This document shows, in pieces, positions 29,650 to 39,407 of a DNA stretch of 64,000 bases (the first letter of the stretch is position 1; every line of letters starts with the position of its first letter). Source of the stretch: an uncultured Candidatus Saccharibacteria bacterium (lineage in GTDB: Bacteria; Patescibacteriota; WWE3; UBA101185; UBA10185); contig CAYLMU010000002.1 of NCBI GenBank assembly GCA_964385105.1, forward strand, positions 122,583 to 186,582, written 5' to 3'. Made by a program: the position numbers and the translations under genes. Under the pieces are notes generated by a model that did no database searches, was not told the DNA's origin, and worked only from the letters and a program-made list of their open reading frames with translations.

Positions 29650-29692
29650 GTTGAACCGGTAAATCATGCAAGTAAGCATATACCGGTTCAAC
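29650..29692. terminator. 12-bp perfect inverted repeat within the cluster
   Basis: GTTGAACCGGTA...TACCGGTTCAAC. Confidence 0.5.
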
Positions 29693-29793
29693 TTTCCATT
29701 TTGGGCGTGTTGGTTTAAACATACTCAAAAGGGAGAGAAGTTTAAGAAGTACATTAAAAACTCAAAAGCAATAGCCGAAAAAAGGTAAAAAAA

Positions 29794-30678
29794 ATGAAGC
29801 TTAATTTTTTAAGGAAGTTTAAAGCAAAAGGTCACAAACTCATCAGGTTTGTAGTTGTTGGTGTAGTGCTTTGCATGGTTTACTTTGTTGTTTCTAATAC
29901 AGATCAACAAATGAGGGCTAATACATTAAAATCAGCACAAGTTGGAAGGTTAGAAAAATTTACAGCTGTAGCAATATTGCCAACTCCAACCATGGTGCCG
30001 CTATTAGCCCCTACCCCGCTTACATTACCGCAGGTTGAGTTTAATAGTGTAGAAGCCTTGTTGGAATTTGATATCCAAACGATTGAAATTGCAGAGCTTT
30101 ACTTGGGGCAAGTGTATGACCAATATGGCCAAGTGCATTCCGCCGCAGCAAATATAAGTGAGCTTGAGATTCCGGTTAGTGAAATTGCATCACCTTGTGG
30201 CGCAGGAAGGAATCTTGTTCGCACCGGGTACGGTTTTAACTGGTATCCGGGCATGAACTGGAGAACTACCGGGGCTAACTACCACCCGGCTCTTGATGGC
30301 AAGTGTGATGATCAACTTGAGATTTATTCGGCGTCAAAGGCGGTTATATGGCGTGTTTTTGAAGATTTACAACTAAGCGACTATAACAGTGTAGCTTTTT
30401 GGTCTTCAGGACGCACCTATGTCGCGTTATCCTACGCACACGTATGGTTTGACGGCAAATTACAGCAAGTATTGTTGGTTTTTGTTTATGGCCATTTACA
30501 ATACCCCCAACCGGGAGAGGTATTTCCCCAAGTCGGTGATATTGTTGAACAAGGTCAGTTATTGGGGTACATGGGTAAAACCGGAAGAGCTACTGGGCCG
30601 CACTTGCACTATGGTATAGGTATTTTGCAAGATGCTCATACGATTTACTGGTTAGACCCTTTAGACTTAGGAGCATAA
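29794..30678 (+). CDS. M23 family metalloendopeptidase, membrane-anchored
   Basis: HPALD (HxxxD), YGHL, VGDIVEQGQLLGYMGKTGRATGPHLH. Confidence 0.9.
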   Translation: MKLNFLRKFKAKGHKLIRFVVVGVVLCMVYFVVSNTDQQMRANTLKSAQVGRLEKFTAVAILPTPTMVPLLAPTPLTLPQVEFNSVEALLEFDIQTIEIAELYLGQVYDQYGQVHSAAANISELEIPVSEIASPCGAGRNLVRTGYGFNWYPGMNWRTTGANYHPALDGKCDDQLEIYSASKAVIWRVFEDLQLSDYNSVAFWSSGRTYVALSYAHVWFDGKLQQVLLVFVYGHLQYPQPGEVFPQVGDIVEQGQLLGYMGKTGRATGPHLHYGIGILQDAHTIYWLDPLDLGA

Positions 30679-30684
30679 AATCTA

Positions 30685-31464
30685 ATGAGACCAAGTTATA
30701 CGGTGGTCGCCTTCTTAGTATTGATACTGATATTTATTGGCATTTTGGCACAAATCTTTAGTGTTGGGAAAATGGGGTTTGGGTATAAAAATAGCAACGA
30801 ATCAAAACCCAACCGTGTAATTATACCAACTATAGAAACACCATCAATTGAGCCAACAACAACAAGCCCTATATTCGAATGGCGAGCCAGAATGTTTGAT
30901 GAGCAGTTTGGTGAACAAATTGTTGGGTTGCACTTAAGCGTTGAGTTAATTAGCGTTTCAGTAGAAACTCTAACAATTGTGAACCGCCAAGAAGCTCCCG
31001 AAACAGGTGAAGTATTTGTTGTTGACAGCGAAAGTTGTGGTTTGTCAGTTTTAAGCGCTGTTGAACTTGCTCGAACTATTGCCCTTGAACGTGGTATCCC
31101 GTGGAACATCTGGGGGCCATTGATTTTGTCTGAAAGTTCATACAGACAGTTTGTTTCAGATGCATACGGAAATTGTACCGTTATTGAGAATTCTATTGGA
31201 GCTTATTGTCTTGCTCAAGTGTATATGGCGGTTCATCCCCAGTACACCAAACAAGCTCTTGCAGACCCCCGTGCATGTTTAAATGCCGGAGCAGACATTT
31301 TGCTTCAAAAGTATTCCCGAACTCAAGATTGGCATGAAGCAGTTGCCCGGTACAAAGGCATAACTCGTGCTGACTTTACCCAACATCGGGATTACAAAAT
31401 TTTTAACAATTACCATGCTGCCGGAGGATTCATTGAACCTTCGGGTTATTGGATTTCATGGTAG
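30685..31464 (+). CDS. Lytic transglycosylase (SLT domain), membrane-anchored
   Basis: LILSESS catalytic Glu, GAYCLAQV (GLMQ-like), AGADIL, AVARYKG. Confidence 0.8.
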   Translation: MRPSYTVVAFLVLILIFIGILAQIFSVGKMGFGYKNSNESKPNRVIIPTIETPSIEPTTTSPIFEWRARMFDEQFGEQIVGLHLSVELISVSVETLTIVNRQEAPETGEVFVVDSESCGLSVLSAVELARTIALERGIPWNIWGPLILSESSYRQFVSDAYGNCTVIENSIGAYCLAQVYMAVHPQYTKQALADPRACLNAGADILLQKYSRTQDWHEAVARYKGITRADFTQHRDYKIFNNYHAAGGFIEPSGYWISW

Positions 31465-31469
31465 CAATT

Positions 31470-31520
31470 ACCCCTCGCTTGTGTGCTTATGTTTTGGCAT
31501 ACAAAAAGAGGGGTTTTTTT
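31470..31520 (+). terminator. Intrinsic terminator ending the envelope cluster
   Basis: ACCCCTC...GAGGGGT stem followed by a T-run. Confidence 0.65.
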
Positions 31521-32105
31521 ATATTTCTAAACTGTGCCAAAGTGCTATTGTGCCATAGGTTTTATACGGTTCCCATTTTGCCACAACTTCAGCTATAGCC
31601 AAATCCGACGGATCTTTTATATCATAAACTTTTTCAAATCCTTTTTTTAAGCCTAGATCACCATATGAAAAAACATTTCGGCAGTCCACTTCCCTATTCC
31701 TTTTACTTTTGTAAGTTCAGCAATTACTTCATCATCACTTAATTTCGCAAGATTATTTAGTTTCACTTCTCTGTTGGCCACCTTTTCGGCCAAATCTTTT
31801 ACATATTTTACTTTAGCCCAAGACAAGCCTAAATCTCTTAGTTCCTGATCTGAAATTTTTAGAATTTGCTGTGGCGTTGCTATGTTGTTTGAAAATAAGT
31901 TACTAAATCTTTCTTTAATTGCACGGGCGGCTTTTCCTGATAATTGTTGACCGATTATATTGCTGCACAGATGCGTAAAATAATATTTTTCATCAATTTT
32001 ATCGCCAAACCATTCGTTATAGTTAACATGCTTTGCAACCACATAAATTTTAGGATCATTTTGTTTAAAGTGGTTTATAATTTTAGTAAGCTGTGCATTT
32101 TTCAT
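31519..32105 (-). pseudogene. AlkA-like DNA-3-methyladenine glycosylase II with internal deletion and frameshift
   Basis: IIGQQLS, HhH KGIGKWTAEMF then a break; SYGDLGLKKG...KWEPYKTYGTIALW continues in another frame to the stop at 31519. Confidence 0.85.
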
Positions 32106-32128
32106 TTATTTTTATAATATAATAAATC

Positions 32129-33043
32129 ATGCAAAAAATTACTCCACACTTATGGTATGACACCCAGGCAGCAGAAGCTGCAGAGTTTTATACTTCTATA
32201 TTTCCAAACTCAAGAGTTACAGGCAAAACAACCTTAACCGGAACCCCATCAGGTGACAGTGAAATTGTAACTTTTGAAATTTTAAATTATAGGTTTATGG
32301 CAATAAGCGCCGGTCCATATTTTAAATTTACTCCTGCAATATCATTTACGGTAAACTTTGACCCATCAAAAGATGCTAATGCCGAAGCAAATTTAGAAGC
32401 AGTATGGAATAAGTTAATAGATGGTGGCGAAGCTTTAATGCCACTTCAAAAATATGAATTTAGTGAAAAATACGGCTGGGTTAAAGATAAATATGGAGTT
32501 TCATGGCAGTTAATTCTTACTAATCCATCAGGTGAAGAAAGACCTGAAATAATGCCCTCATTGATGTTTGTAGGTGATTTGTATGGTAAAACTGAAGAAG
32601 CGACTGACTTTTATATTTCTGTATTTAAAAATTCTAAACGAGGTATTATTGCCCGCTATCCGGCAGGTATGGAGCCTGACAAAGAAGGAGCAGTAATGTT
32701 TACTGATTTTCAGCTTGAAGGTCAGTGGTTTACTGCAATGGAAAGTGCGCATGACCATAAGTTTTCTTTTTCTGAGGCGATTTCACTTTTGGTAAATTGT
32801 GAATCACAGGAAGAAATTGATTATTATTGGAACAAGCTTTCTGCCATACCCGAAGCTGAGCAATGTGGTTGGTTAAAAGATAAATATGGAGTTTCATGGC
32901 AAATCTCACCCGTTGCACTTGAAGAAATGTTAAATAATGGTACACCAGAACAAATTAAACGGGTTACCACAGCCTTCTTATCAATGAAAAAATTTAATTT
33001 AGATAAGCTTAACAAAGCTTACGAGGGAGAAACTAATGAATAA
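32129..33043 (+). CDS. VOC family protein (PhnB/3-demethylubiquinone methyltransferase-like), tandem domains
   Basis: [21 protein letters not shown] occurring twice. Confidence 0.9.
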   Translation: MQKITPHLWYDTQAAEAAEFYTSIFPNSRVTGKTTLTGTPSGDSEIVTFEILNYRFMAISAGPYFKFTPAISFTVNFDPSKDANAEANLEAVWNKLIDGGEALMPLQKYEFSEKYGWVKDKYGVSWQLILTNPSGEERPEIMPSLMFVGDLYGKTEEATDFYISVFKNSKRGIIARYPAGMEPDKEGAVMFTDFQLEGQWFTAMESAHDHKFSFSEAISLLVNCESQEEIDYYWNKLSAIPEAEQCGWLKDKYGVSWQISPVALEEMLNNGTPEQIKRVTTAFLSMKKFNLDKLNKAYEGETNE

Positions 33044-33449
33044 CATGATTACAATACAAACTACAATAAATGCCCCAATCGAAAAAATTTGGGAATATTG
33101 GATAACGCCTGAACATATTGTGGGCTGGGCATTTGCCTCAGATGACTGGGAGTCTCCCGGTGCCGAAAATGACTTTCGAGTAGACGGAAGATTTAAAACA
33201 CAAATGGCAGCCAAAGATAAAAGCGCAGCTTTTGATTTTACGGGGGTTTACACAGCAATTGATGAACACAAAATTATAGATTATACAATTGATGATGGCA
33301 GAAAAGTACATACTGTTTTTGAACAAACTGAAGATGGTGTGCAGGTTACACAAATGTTTGAACCAGAAGGCGTTTATCCAAAAGAAAAGCAGCAAGAAGG
33401 TTGGCAAGCAATTTTAGATAATTTTAAGAGATATGTTGAGGCTAATTAA
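33036..33449 (+). CDS. SRPBCC/AHSA1 family protein
   Basis: [30 protein letters not shown]. Confidence 0.88.
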   Translation: MNNMITIQTTINAPIEKIWEYWITPEHIVGWAFASDDWESPGAENDFRVDGRFKTQMAAKDKSAAFDFTGVYTAIDEHKIIDYTIDDGRKVHTVFEQTEDGVQVTQMFEPEGVYPKEKQQEGWQAILDNFKRYVEAN

Positions 33450-33463
33450 TTGTCTTAATAGGC

Positions 33464-34510
33464 CTAACTACTAACCTGGTCTAACGAAATCCAAGTGCGG
33501 TCTTTTTGAGATTGCTGTTCTTGTGAAAGATTTGCTTTTTCTACATAAACTCTAACTACCAACCTTGGAGTTAAAACATTGTTTTTATCTAAATCAAATT
33601 CTACTTGTCTTGCCACAGTAGCTCCAACATAATCGTCCGCAATTTTTAACTCATTTCTTAATATTCTTAAAATGGTGTCGTTTAAAGTTTCACCTTGTCG
33701 AATTTTATCCATGTACAATAGTGCAGACTTATCCCAGGCAATCTTGAAAAAATCAGACTTTTCTACATCAAATTCAAGAATGTATGGTTTTATAAATACC
33801 TTGCGCCCGGGATTATTTATATTAAATCCGCTAAAATTCAATATTTTAAATGGCTTGTTGTAGTATTCATAAAAGTTTGTTGGTACAAGTCCAAAATCAA
33901 TCTTTCTTACAAAATCCTCAATGTCTTCAGCAACTTTAAAACTCATTTCTTTTGTAGCAGGAGGATCGTTTTCTGTAAGTATAAAGTGGTATAACAAATT
34001 ATCATTCACAAAATGTATAGTGTTGTCAGTTAAATTTTTGCAATAATAATGATAACTGCCATTTATTAAAAAAATCGGCTCCAAATTAAACCTTTTTAGC
34101 ACTCTTACAGCTTTTTCATGGTTTTCACTTACAAATGAAGCACAATCGATAAGTTCCATGTCACGCGGTAATAGGCATTTGTAAAAAGTGCTATAAATTC
34201 TCATCTCAAATTGAGCAATAAATCTTCGCAGTAAATCCGGAGTTACAAAGTCTGTTTGAGTTGTTTCTATTACAATGCGATTTTTGGGTAATTTCGTAAG
34301 TTTTAACTGTTCATCGGTTGTAATTTCTTCAAAAGTAATTTTTGCTTGATATGGATTGTTGTTGTAATACAAGTATGTAGTATCGGGTTCTCCTTCAGGT
34401 GCGTTAATTATTACGCCCTCAAGTTCATTTAAAACTGATAATAATTTACTTAAATTTTCTGAAGTTATTTGCTCGTTTGGTTTGAATATGTGATATGTAA
34501 CTTTGTTCAT
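33464..34510 (-). CDS. Hypothetical protein, possible degenerate Nudix-like C-terminus
   Basis: Long ORF; QGETLNDTILRILRNEL resembles a Nudix box. Confidence 0.6.
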   Translation of the reverse strand: MNKVTYHIFKPNEQITSENLSKLLSVLNELEGVIINAPEGEPDTTYLYYNNNPYQAKITFEEITTDEQLKLTKLPKNRIVIETTQTDFVTPDLLRRFIAQFEMRIYSTFYKCLLPRDMELIDCASFVSENHEKAVRVLKRFNLEPIFLINGSYHYYCKNLTDNTIHFVNDNLLYHFILTENDPPATKEMSFKVAEDIEDFVRKIDFGLVPTNFYEYYNKPFKILNFSGFNINNPGRKVFIKPYILEFDVEKSDFFKIAWDKSALLYMDKIRQGETLNDTILRILRNELKIADDYVGATVARQVEFDLDKNNVLTPRLVVRVYVEKANLSQEQQSQKDRTWISLDQVSS

Positions 34511-35061
34511 TTTTCAAGTATATCAGCAATATATAACAAAATCCCTCGTGTAATGTGTTTAACCCTATCTCTAAATCTTGGTGTTCTTAATAAATCAATG
34601 TGGTTATTCCATTTATCAATTGTAACTTCAATTGGATAATATGTTCTATAGTCAAAAATCTTAATTATTGTTAATACGAGTTCCGCAGCAGTAGCATGGC
34701 AGGCAGTTTCATCAGAAACATCAAATTTCTTCCAATAGTTTGGATACAAGTTTGAATTTTTTGTAGGCTCTATCCAGCCCAGTTTAAGCAGTTCATTTTT
34801 CTTATAACTGGATAATTTAAAATCATCCGGATGCTTTTTGGATAACTCACAATGTAAAGTATTTTCTCCATCAGCATAAAACTGAATAAAATAATTGCAC
34901 AAATCTGAGATGTTGCATACAGCAAAATATTCATCATACGTTTCTTCTAAATTGTCTTCAGCCAGAGCTTCCAAATTATAAATTTTGTGGTTGCGTATTG
35001 TTTTTATAGTTTCAGCAAGATGGTAAATGGTATCTGTTGTTTTATATGGTGTAAAGTCCAT
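34507..35061 (-). CDS. Hypothetical protein, possible YbjN/TY-Chap peptide-binding chaperone-like domain
   Basis: YFIQF...L.CE.S...LLKLGW..P...NYW pattern. Confidence 0.5.
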   Translation of the reverse strand: MDFTPYKTTDTIYHLAETIKTIRNHKIYNLEALAEDNLEETYDEYFAVCNISDLCNYFIQFYADGENTLHCELSKKHPDDFKLSSYKKNELLKLGWIEPTKNSNLYPNYWKKFDVSDETACHATAAELVLTIIKIFDYRTYYPIEVTIDKWNNHIDLLRTPRFRDRVKHITRGILLYIADILEK

Positions 35062-35102
35062 TTTTTTTGAGTTAATGCTATTATATAACAATAAGATAAA
35101 TT

Positions 35103-35540
35103 ATGACAAAAATAAAGAATATAATATATTGGGCTACTACAGTATTTCTCGCATTAGGTCTTTTTGGTACAGGAATACAACAATTGATGAAAGTTGAAGC
35201 AGAGGGCGCTTTAGGCCCCCCATTTGCTTGGGGTATCGTACAGCTGGGTTATCCTGTTTATATTTTGACTATTTTGGGAACATGGAAGATTCTCGCTGTA
35301 TTGGCATTACTGTCACCTAAATTCCCTTTAATTAAAGAATGGGCATACGCAGGAATATTCTTTTTATTAACCGGAGCATTGGCTTCTCACTATTTTTCAG
35401 GTCATCCGTGGTATGAATTTATTCCCGCAGTTATTCTTTTGATTTTTTCAATGATATCTTGGTATTTTAGGCCTGATGATAGACGGGTTGACAAAAAAAG
35501 CGTTGAGAATAACGTTACTGTGAGTCAAAAAACATCTTGA
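35103..35540 (+). CDS. DoxX-like membrane protein
   Basis: IIYWATT, LGYPVY, LIKEWAYAG. Confidence 0.88.
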   Translation: MTKIKNIIYWATTVFLALGLFGTGIQQLMKVEAEGALGPPFAWGIVQLGYPVYILTILGTWKILAVLALLSPKFPLIKEWAYAGIFFLLTGALASHYFSGHPWYEFIPAVILLIFSMISWYFRPDDRRVDKKSVENNVTVSQKTS

Positions 35541-35893
35541 AAAAAAGAAATAAAATAGAAATCGTTCTAATTGCAGCCATATAACAAAATTATGTGATTG
35601 GCAGTAAAGGTGATTTGCCCTGGGGTAAAATACTCACTGATTTAAATCATTTTAAGGTTATGACTAGTTGGTTTTCCTAACCCGTAAATCTCAGCGACAG
35701 AATTTACATTGTTTTATCTCAAAGTCTTCAAACTACGTCTGAAGTTGTTGTTGTAGAATCATATGATAAAGCTCTTATATATTGCCATGAAATAAATGCA
35801 GAAAGAGTTTTTGTTATTGGTGGCTCAAGTGTGTATAAACTGGAACATGCGCTACTTTTAAAAAAAAGCAAAAATATATCAAAAAAACCGTGA
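35537..35893 (+). pseudogene. folA: Dihydrofolate reductase pseudogene
   Basis: One frame reads IVLIAAI*QNYVIGSKGDLPWGKILTDLNHFK...*...DRIYIVLS...VFVIGGSSVY; two TAA stops, MGRKT motif and C-terminus missing. Confidence 0.8.
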
Positions 35894-35901
35894 GACCATG
35901 G

Positions 35902-38900
35902 TTAATAAATTAAAGAAACTGTTGGAAACTCAAATTCTTTTGCAATCTCAACAAAAAAATCCGATTTAACTTTTAATTTTTTTGTTTTATCTAAATCACT
36001 TAAATATCCCTTATATGCAATGTTAAGAGCAGCCTGAACATCGGCATCACTAATGTTTTGACAGTCTATGAAGGGGCATATAAATAAGGCACTATTACCA
36101 CGATTTTCGTAAAATGTTTCAAAATTCAAATTATTAATTTTTAGATATTCCGCATCTTTGGGTGGACGCATAAATTCATATACGCATGTCTTCAATTTTG
36201 ATCCCGGTATATTTGGACCTATAATATCTTTGGAAAAAAACAGTAATTTCTGACCGTTTATATCTGCCTTATAAATATTAGAAGAATCAACATATTTAGA
36301 TGTTTTATATTCTCTTGATGTATCAATATACTTTAAGGGTGAACGTCTGCATTTAGAGCATGTTTGACTTGTTCCATATGCACTTATGTGATTTCCAACT
36401 AATTGGTTTTTGCCCCAGACTTTTTCGCGCTCAGATTTATCAGCATCATTTCTGCCAATGACATCAGTTTTTTTGATTGAGTGATAAATTTTTGCTACTC
36501 TATTACCTGCAGTCTCAAAGGCCGATATCTCATGCTCGTATATTGGTTTTGCATCATATTTCAAAACTAAATCATGAATACGATTTCTTATACCATTTTG
36601 TGCAGATTTTCTTATTCTGCTTAATGCTGAATTAGGAACTGTGAATGTTCCGGTTATTTGCTGATTTTTTATGATATCAATATGATCTCTTATTTTTCTA
36701 ATTTCAGCACTGTAAATAAAACCAGTGTCTACTGTAGTTAAAGCACCTTCAGCAGATAATACATAATATGCCACACCATATTCACCTATATCAAGTCCTA
36801 AATATTTTTTTGCTATTTCAATATTTTTATTAATTTGCGGTTTCTCATTTGGGTTAATATTAAATGGTTGATTAAAATATATCGATTGACTTATCTCAAT
36901 TAGCTCAATTTTACCAGTAAGAAAGTTACAATCAGCATTGTATGTTATTTCTTTAACAATTTGAGGTTCGTCTCTTGTTATATGAACCTTACCCTTTCTT
37001 TTTTGGTCACTCATGAACCATTCAAGGAATTGTCGCTGGTACCTTGAAGTTTTTATTTGGAAAAGATTTATTAACTGTGAATTCTCATCTATTTTGAATT
37101 TATTTGGACTCTTATCAACAGTCTTTTTTACGTTGTATATTTCAAGTTCTGTGAATTGGTTTTTCGTGTTTAGATTGGGAAAACCAACAAAGAAAGCATA
37201 TTTGGTCTCATCTTTGTTTGAAGAGTAATATATGGGGAATTTCTTTTCAGAATTCATTACCTGTGCAACTTCTCGAATATTAAATGTTTTCCTACTAGTC
37301 TGGTTAAAAATACCTCTAACTTCAGAAAATAGAATTGAATTTAATATATAAAAGACTGCATTCTTATCTAATTTGCCGTTTGTTAGAAAAAGAATATTTT
37401 TTAAATGATCAAAATATTTATGAGTAATATTCAATTCAATAAAGTCAAAATTATGTAAGTGCACAAACCATGATGTGGTAAGTTTTTTCATTTCGATATA
37501 ATCAATTCGCTGCGCTGAGTTTAAGTTTTTCCAATCTTTAGTATCATCTAACTCATTGTATAGTTTTTCTAGTTCTGTGTTGAAGTCGCTAATAACCATT
37601 AATATATTTAATATTTTTCTATTTTCTCTTTTTGAATATTTTGATTTATATATTATTTCATATTTTTTGTTCGGAATTTTACCGCAGTATCTTACAAGAA
37701 TTTTCTCCACTTTGTTTTTATACATATTTGTATTAAGTTTATTGTGTAACCTTGAAAGTTTTTCTAATTGGTATATGAAGTAATCACTTTCAACTAATTC
37801 CATTTTTTGTGATGTGTTCATGATTTCGTTTTTTATTATCTCTACAATCTTAAAAGCTTCATCACATCTAATTGCAAAGTTGATATACTTTGAGTTTAAT
37901 TCTTTTTTTGATTCACCATAAAACTTTGGCAAGTATTGGACTTTTTTAAATAGGTTTGGCAAGATCTTATCAATGGTTATCTCTGTTAACACTATTTGTA
38001 AGTGCTCATCTTGATTAATTTTTTCTGTATTATCTTTTTTGTTACCTTTATTCTTTTTTCCTATTTCTTTAGCAAGATTATACTTTTTATTATAGAAAAG
38101 TTTGCCCGACTGGAAATGTCTATTAGTTAATGATTTGATGTTTCCCAGTAATTCAACATAGGTGTTAAATACATCTATGTTAGTTGTATTTTCCGCGGCT
38201 TCTAGTGCAATTAATATTAAAGACTCTAAATCCTTTAAATCACTTTTTTGTACTTCCTCTAGTAGCTCCTGCAATTCGCTTTTTTGTTTAATTATTTGTT
38301 CATGAGATTTAGCTAAGTAATTATTGTAGTTTGAATACCAAGATTTCAGTTTACCCGAGAAAACACTTCTATATTCAGCCCATGTAGTTGCTAACATTGG
38401 TTGTGGCAGTAATTTGGCTCTATTAGATAGAAAGTCCAATCTCTTTTGTAATTCAGCTTCATTACCGACCCATAAGTTTCCAGTAGATAACATTTCATCA
38501 AAGTACTTTTGAGTGTTGCTATTTCTTAAATCATTAATTACTGCGTTAAAGTAGTTTGATAATGCATTTCCATTACTACCGATTCCCAGAAGGTTTTCTG
38601 TATCGTTATTTAAAGCAGTTATCCTACTAATGGCATCAAGTGGCGTCAGCCCTTCAACTAAATTCAAAGAAGGATATATATAAAAAGTAGTACTATATGA
38701 TATATTTTCCGAGTTTATTTCTGTATAGCCAAATGCTTTAGCCAAAATTTCATTCTGTTCTATTTTAGATTTACCAATTATTGAATGTGCTGTATTTTCA
38801 ATTATATTAGTAATCTCTTTGTCATTTTTAAAATCGTCTTTAACAAATTCAAGTAATTGTTTTTTTATTGATTTAGGTGTGCTTGTAGTTTTAAATACAC

Positions 38901-39303
38901 TCTTTAGAAACACTTTTTTAATAAAGCTTACTTCTATTAACTTATTGCGCAAGTCTTCCGGAATTGTGTTAAATGACAGAACATAGGGGTTTGGAATGTT
39001 AGATAAGTCATGTATTAGAGCAAACATTTCCGCAGTGCTCTGCTGAAAAATTACACCAGCACGTAAACTGTCAAGCCAAAAATCTAATAATGAGTAAACT
39101 TTTTGATGTGATAAGTATTGATCTATATTACCTATGCCATCTAAATAAATTGAATCGTGATGAATAGCACCTGATAATGAATTGAAAAGTTCTTGATCTT
39201 GTGTTCTAAGTGGGTATTTTATAGTTCTCTTTATCTTACCACCGACATATTCTGCTCTTTTTGCATGTAGTGTGTATCCTGTTTTACCTAAATATTTTTT
39301 CAT
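35902..39303 (-). CDS. cas12d: Type V-D CRISPR effector Cas12d (CasY)
   Basis: RuvC-I YLGLDIGEYGVAY, RuvC-II PIYEHEISAFE, RuvC-III DADVQAALNIA, CSKC/CPFIDC Zn motifs; CasY-type motifs RTIKYPL, SLLDFWLDSLRAGVI, WAEYR..FSGKLKSWYSNY; adjacent to array and cas1. Confidence 0.95.
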   Translation of the reverse strand: MKKYLGKTGYTLHAKRAEYVGGKIKRTIKYPLRTQDQELFNSLSGAIHHDSIYLDGIGNIDQYLSHQKVYSLLDFWLDSLRAGVIFQQSTAEMFALIHDLSNIPNPYVLSFNTIPEDLRNKLIEVSFIKKVFLKSVFKTTSTPKSIKKQLLEFVKDDFKNDKEITNIIENTAHSIIGKSKIEQNEILAKAFGYTEINSENISYSTTFYIYPSLNLVEGLTPLDAISRITALNNDTENLLGIGSNGNALSNYFNAVINDLRNSNTQKYFDEMLSTGNLWVGNEAELQKRLDFLSNRAKLLPQPMLATTWAEYRSVFSGKLKSWYSNYNNYLAKSHEQIIKQKSELQELLEEVQKSDLKDLESLILIALEAAENTTNIDVFNTYVELLGNIKSLTNRHFQSGKLFYNKKYNLAKEIGKKNKGNKKDNTEKINQDEHLQIVLTEITIDKILPNLFKKVQYLPKFYGESKKELNSKYINFAIRCDEAFKIVEIIKNEIMNTSQKMELVESDYFIYQLEKLSRLHNKLNTNMYKNKVEKILVRYCGKIPNKKYEIIYKSKYSKRENRKILNILMVISDFNTELEKLYNELDDTKDWKNLNSAQRIDYIEMKKLTTSWFVHLHNFDFIELNITHKYFDHLKNILFLTNGKLDKNAVFYILNSILFSEVRGIFNQTSRKTFNIREVAQVMNSEKKFPIYYSSNKDETKYAFFVGFPNLNTKNQFTELEIYNVKKTVDKSPNKFKIDENSQLINLFQIKTSRYQRQFLEWFMSDQKRKGKVHITRDEPQIVKEITYNADCNFLTGKIELIEISQSIYFNQPFNINPNEKPQINKNIEIAKKYLGLDIGEYGVAYYVLSAEGALTTVDTGFIYSAEIRKIRDHIDIIKNQQITGTFTVPNSALSRIRKSAQNGIRNRIHDLVLKYDAKPIYEHEISAFETAGNRVAKIYHSIKKTDVIGRNDADKSEREKVWGKNQLVGNHISAYGTSQTCSKCRRSPLKYIDTSREYKTSKYVDSSNIYKADINGQKLLFFSKDIIGPNIPGSKLKTCVYEFMRPPKDAEYLKINNLNFETFYENRGNSALFICPFIDCQNISDADVQAALNIAYKGYLSDLDKTKKLKVKSDFFVEIAKEFEFPTVSLIY

Positions 39304-39319
39304 TTATTTTAAAAAGCAT

Positions 39320-39400
39320 ATTCGAGAAGGAAGAAGGCATTCTAATAGCACAGGCTATTAGGGACTCCCTTTAATAATCGGTATTTGAAGGGTTTACTCT
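39320..39400 (-). ncRNA. Candidate scoutRNA of the Cas12d system (boundaries approximate)
   Basis: Minus strand: imperfect CCCTT/AAGGG stem, TAATAGC/GCTATTA stem, then GCCTT (39338-39334), complementary to the AAGGC end of the repeat. Confidence 0.7.
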
Positions 39401-39407
39401 GTTTAAT

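Noticed and set aside
35582-35680. Stop-codon reassignment explaining the in-frame stops in folA
   Set aside because: TAA, TAG and TGA all terminate normal genes here, and folA also has deletions
35880-35910. att-site duplication of the tRNA-Pro 3' end at the left edge of the CRISPR locus
   Set aside because: No convincing direct repeat of the tRNA 3' end and no integrase found by eye
35902-39303. TnpB/IS605 transposon or Cas12a/Cas9 interpretation of the RuvC protein
   Set aside because: Far too long for TnpB, no TnpA or IS ends, no HNH; CasY-type N-terminal motifs, AAGGC repeat and short spacers fit Cas12d
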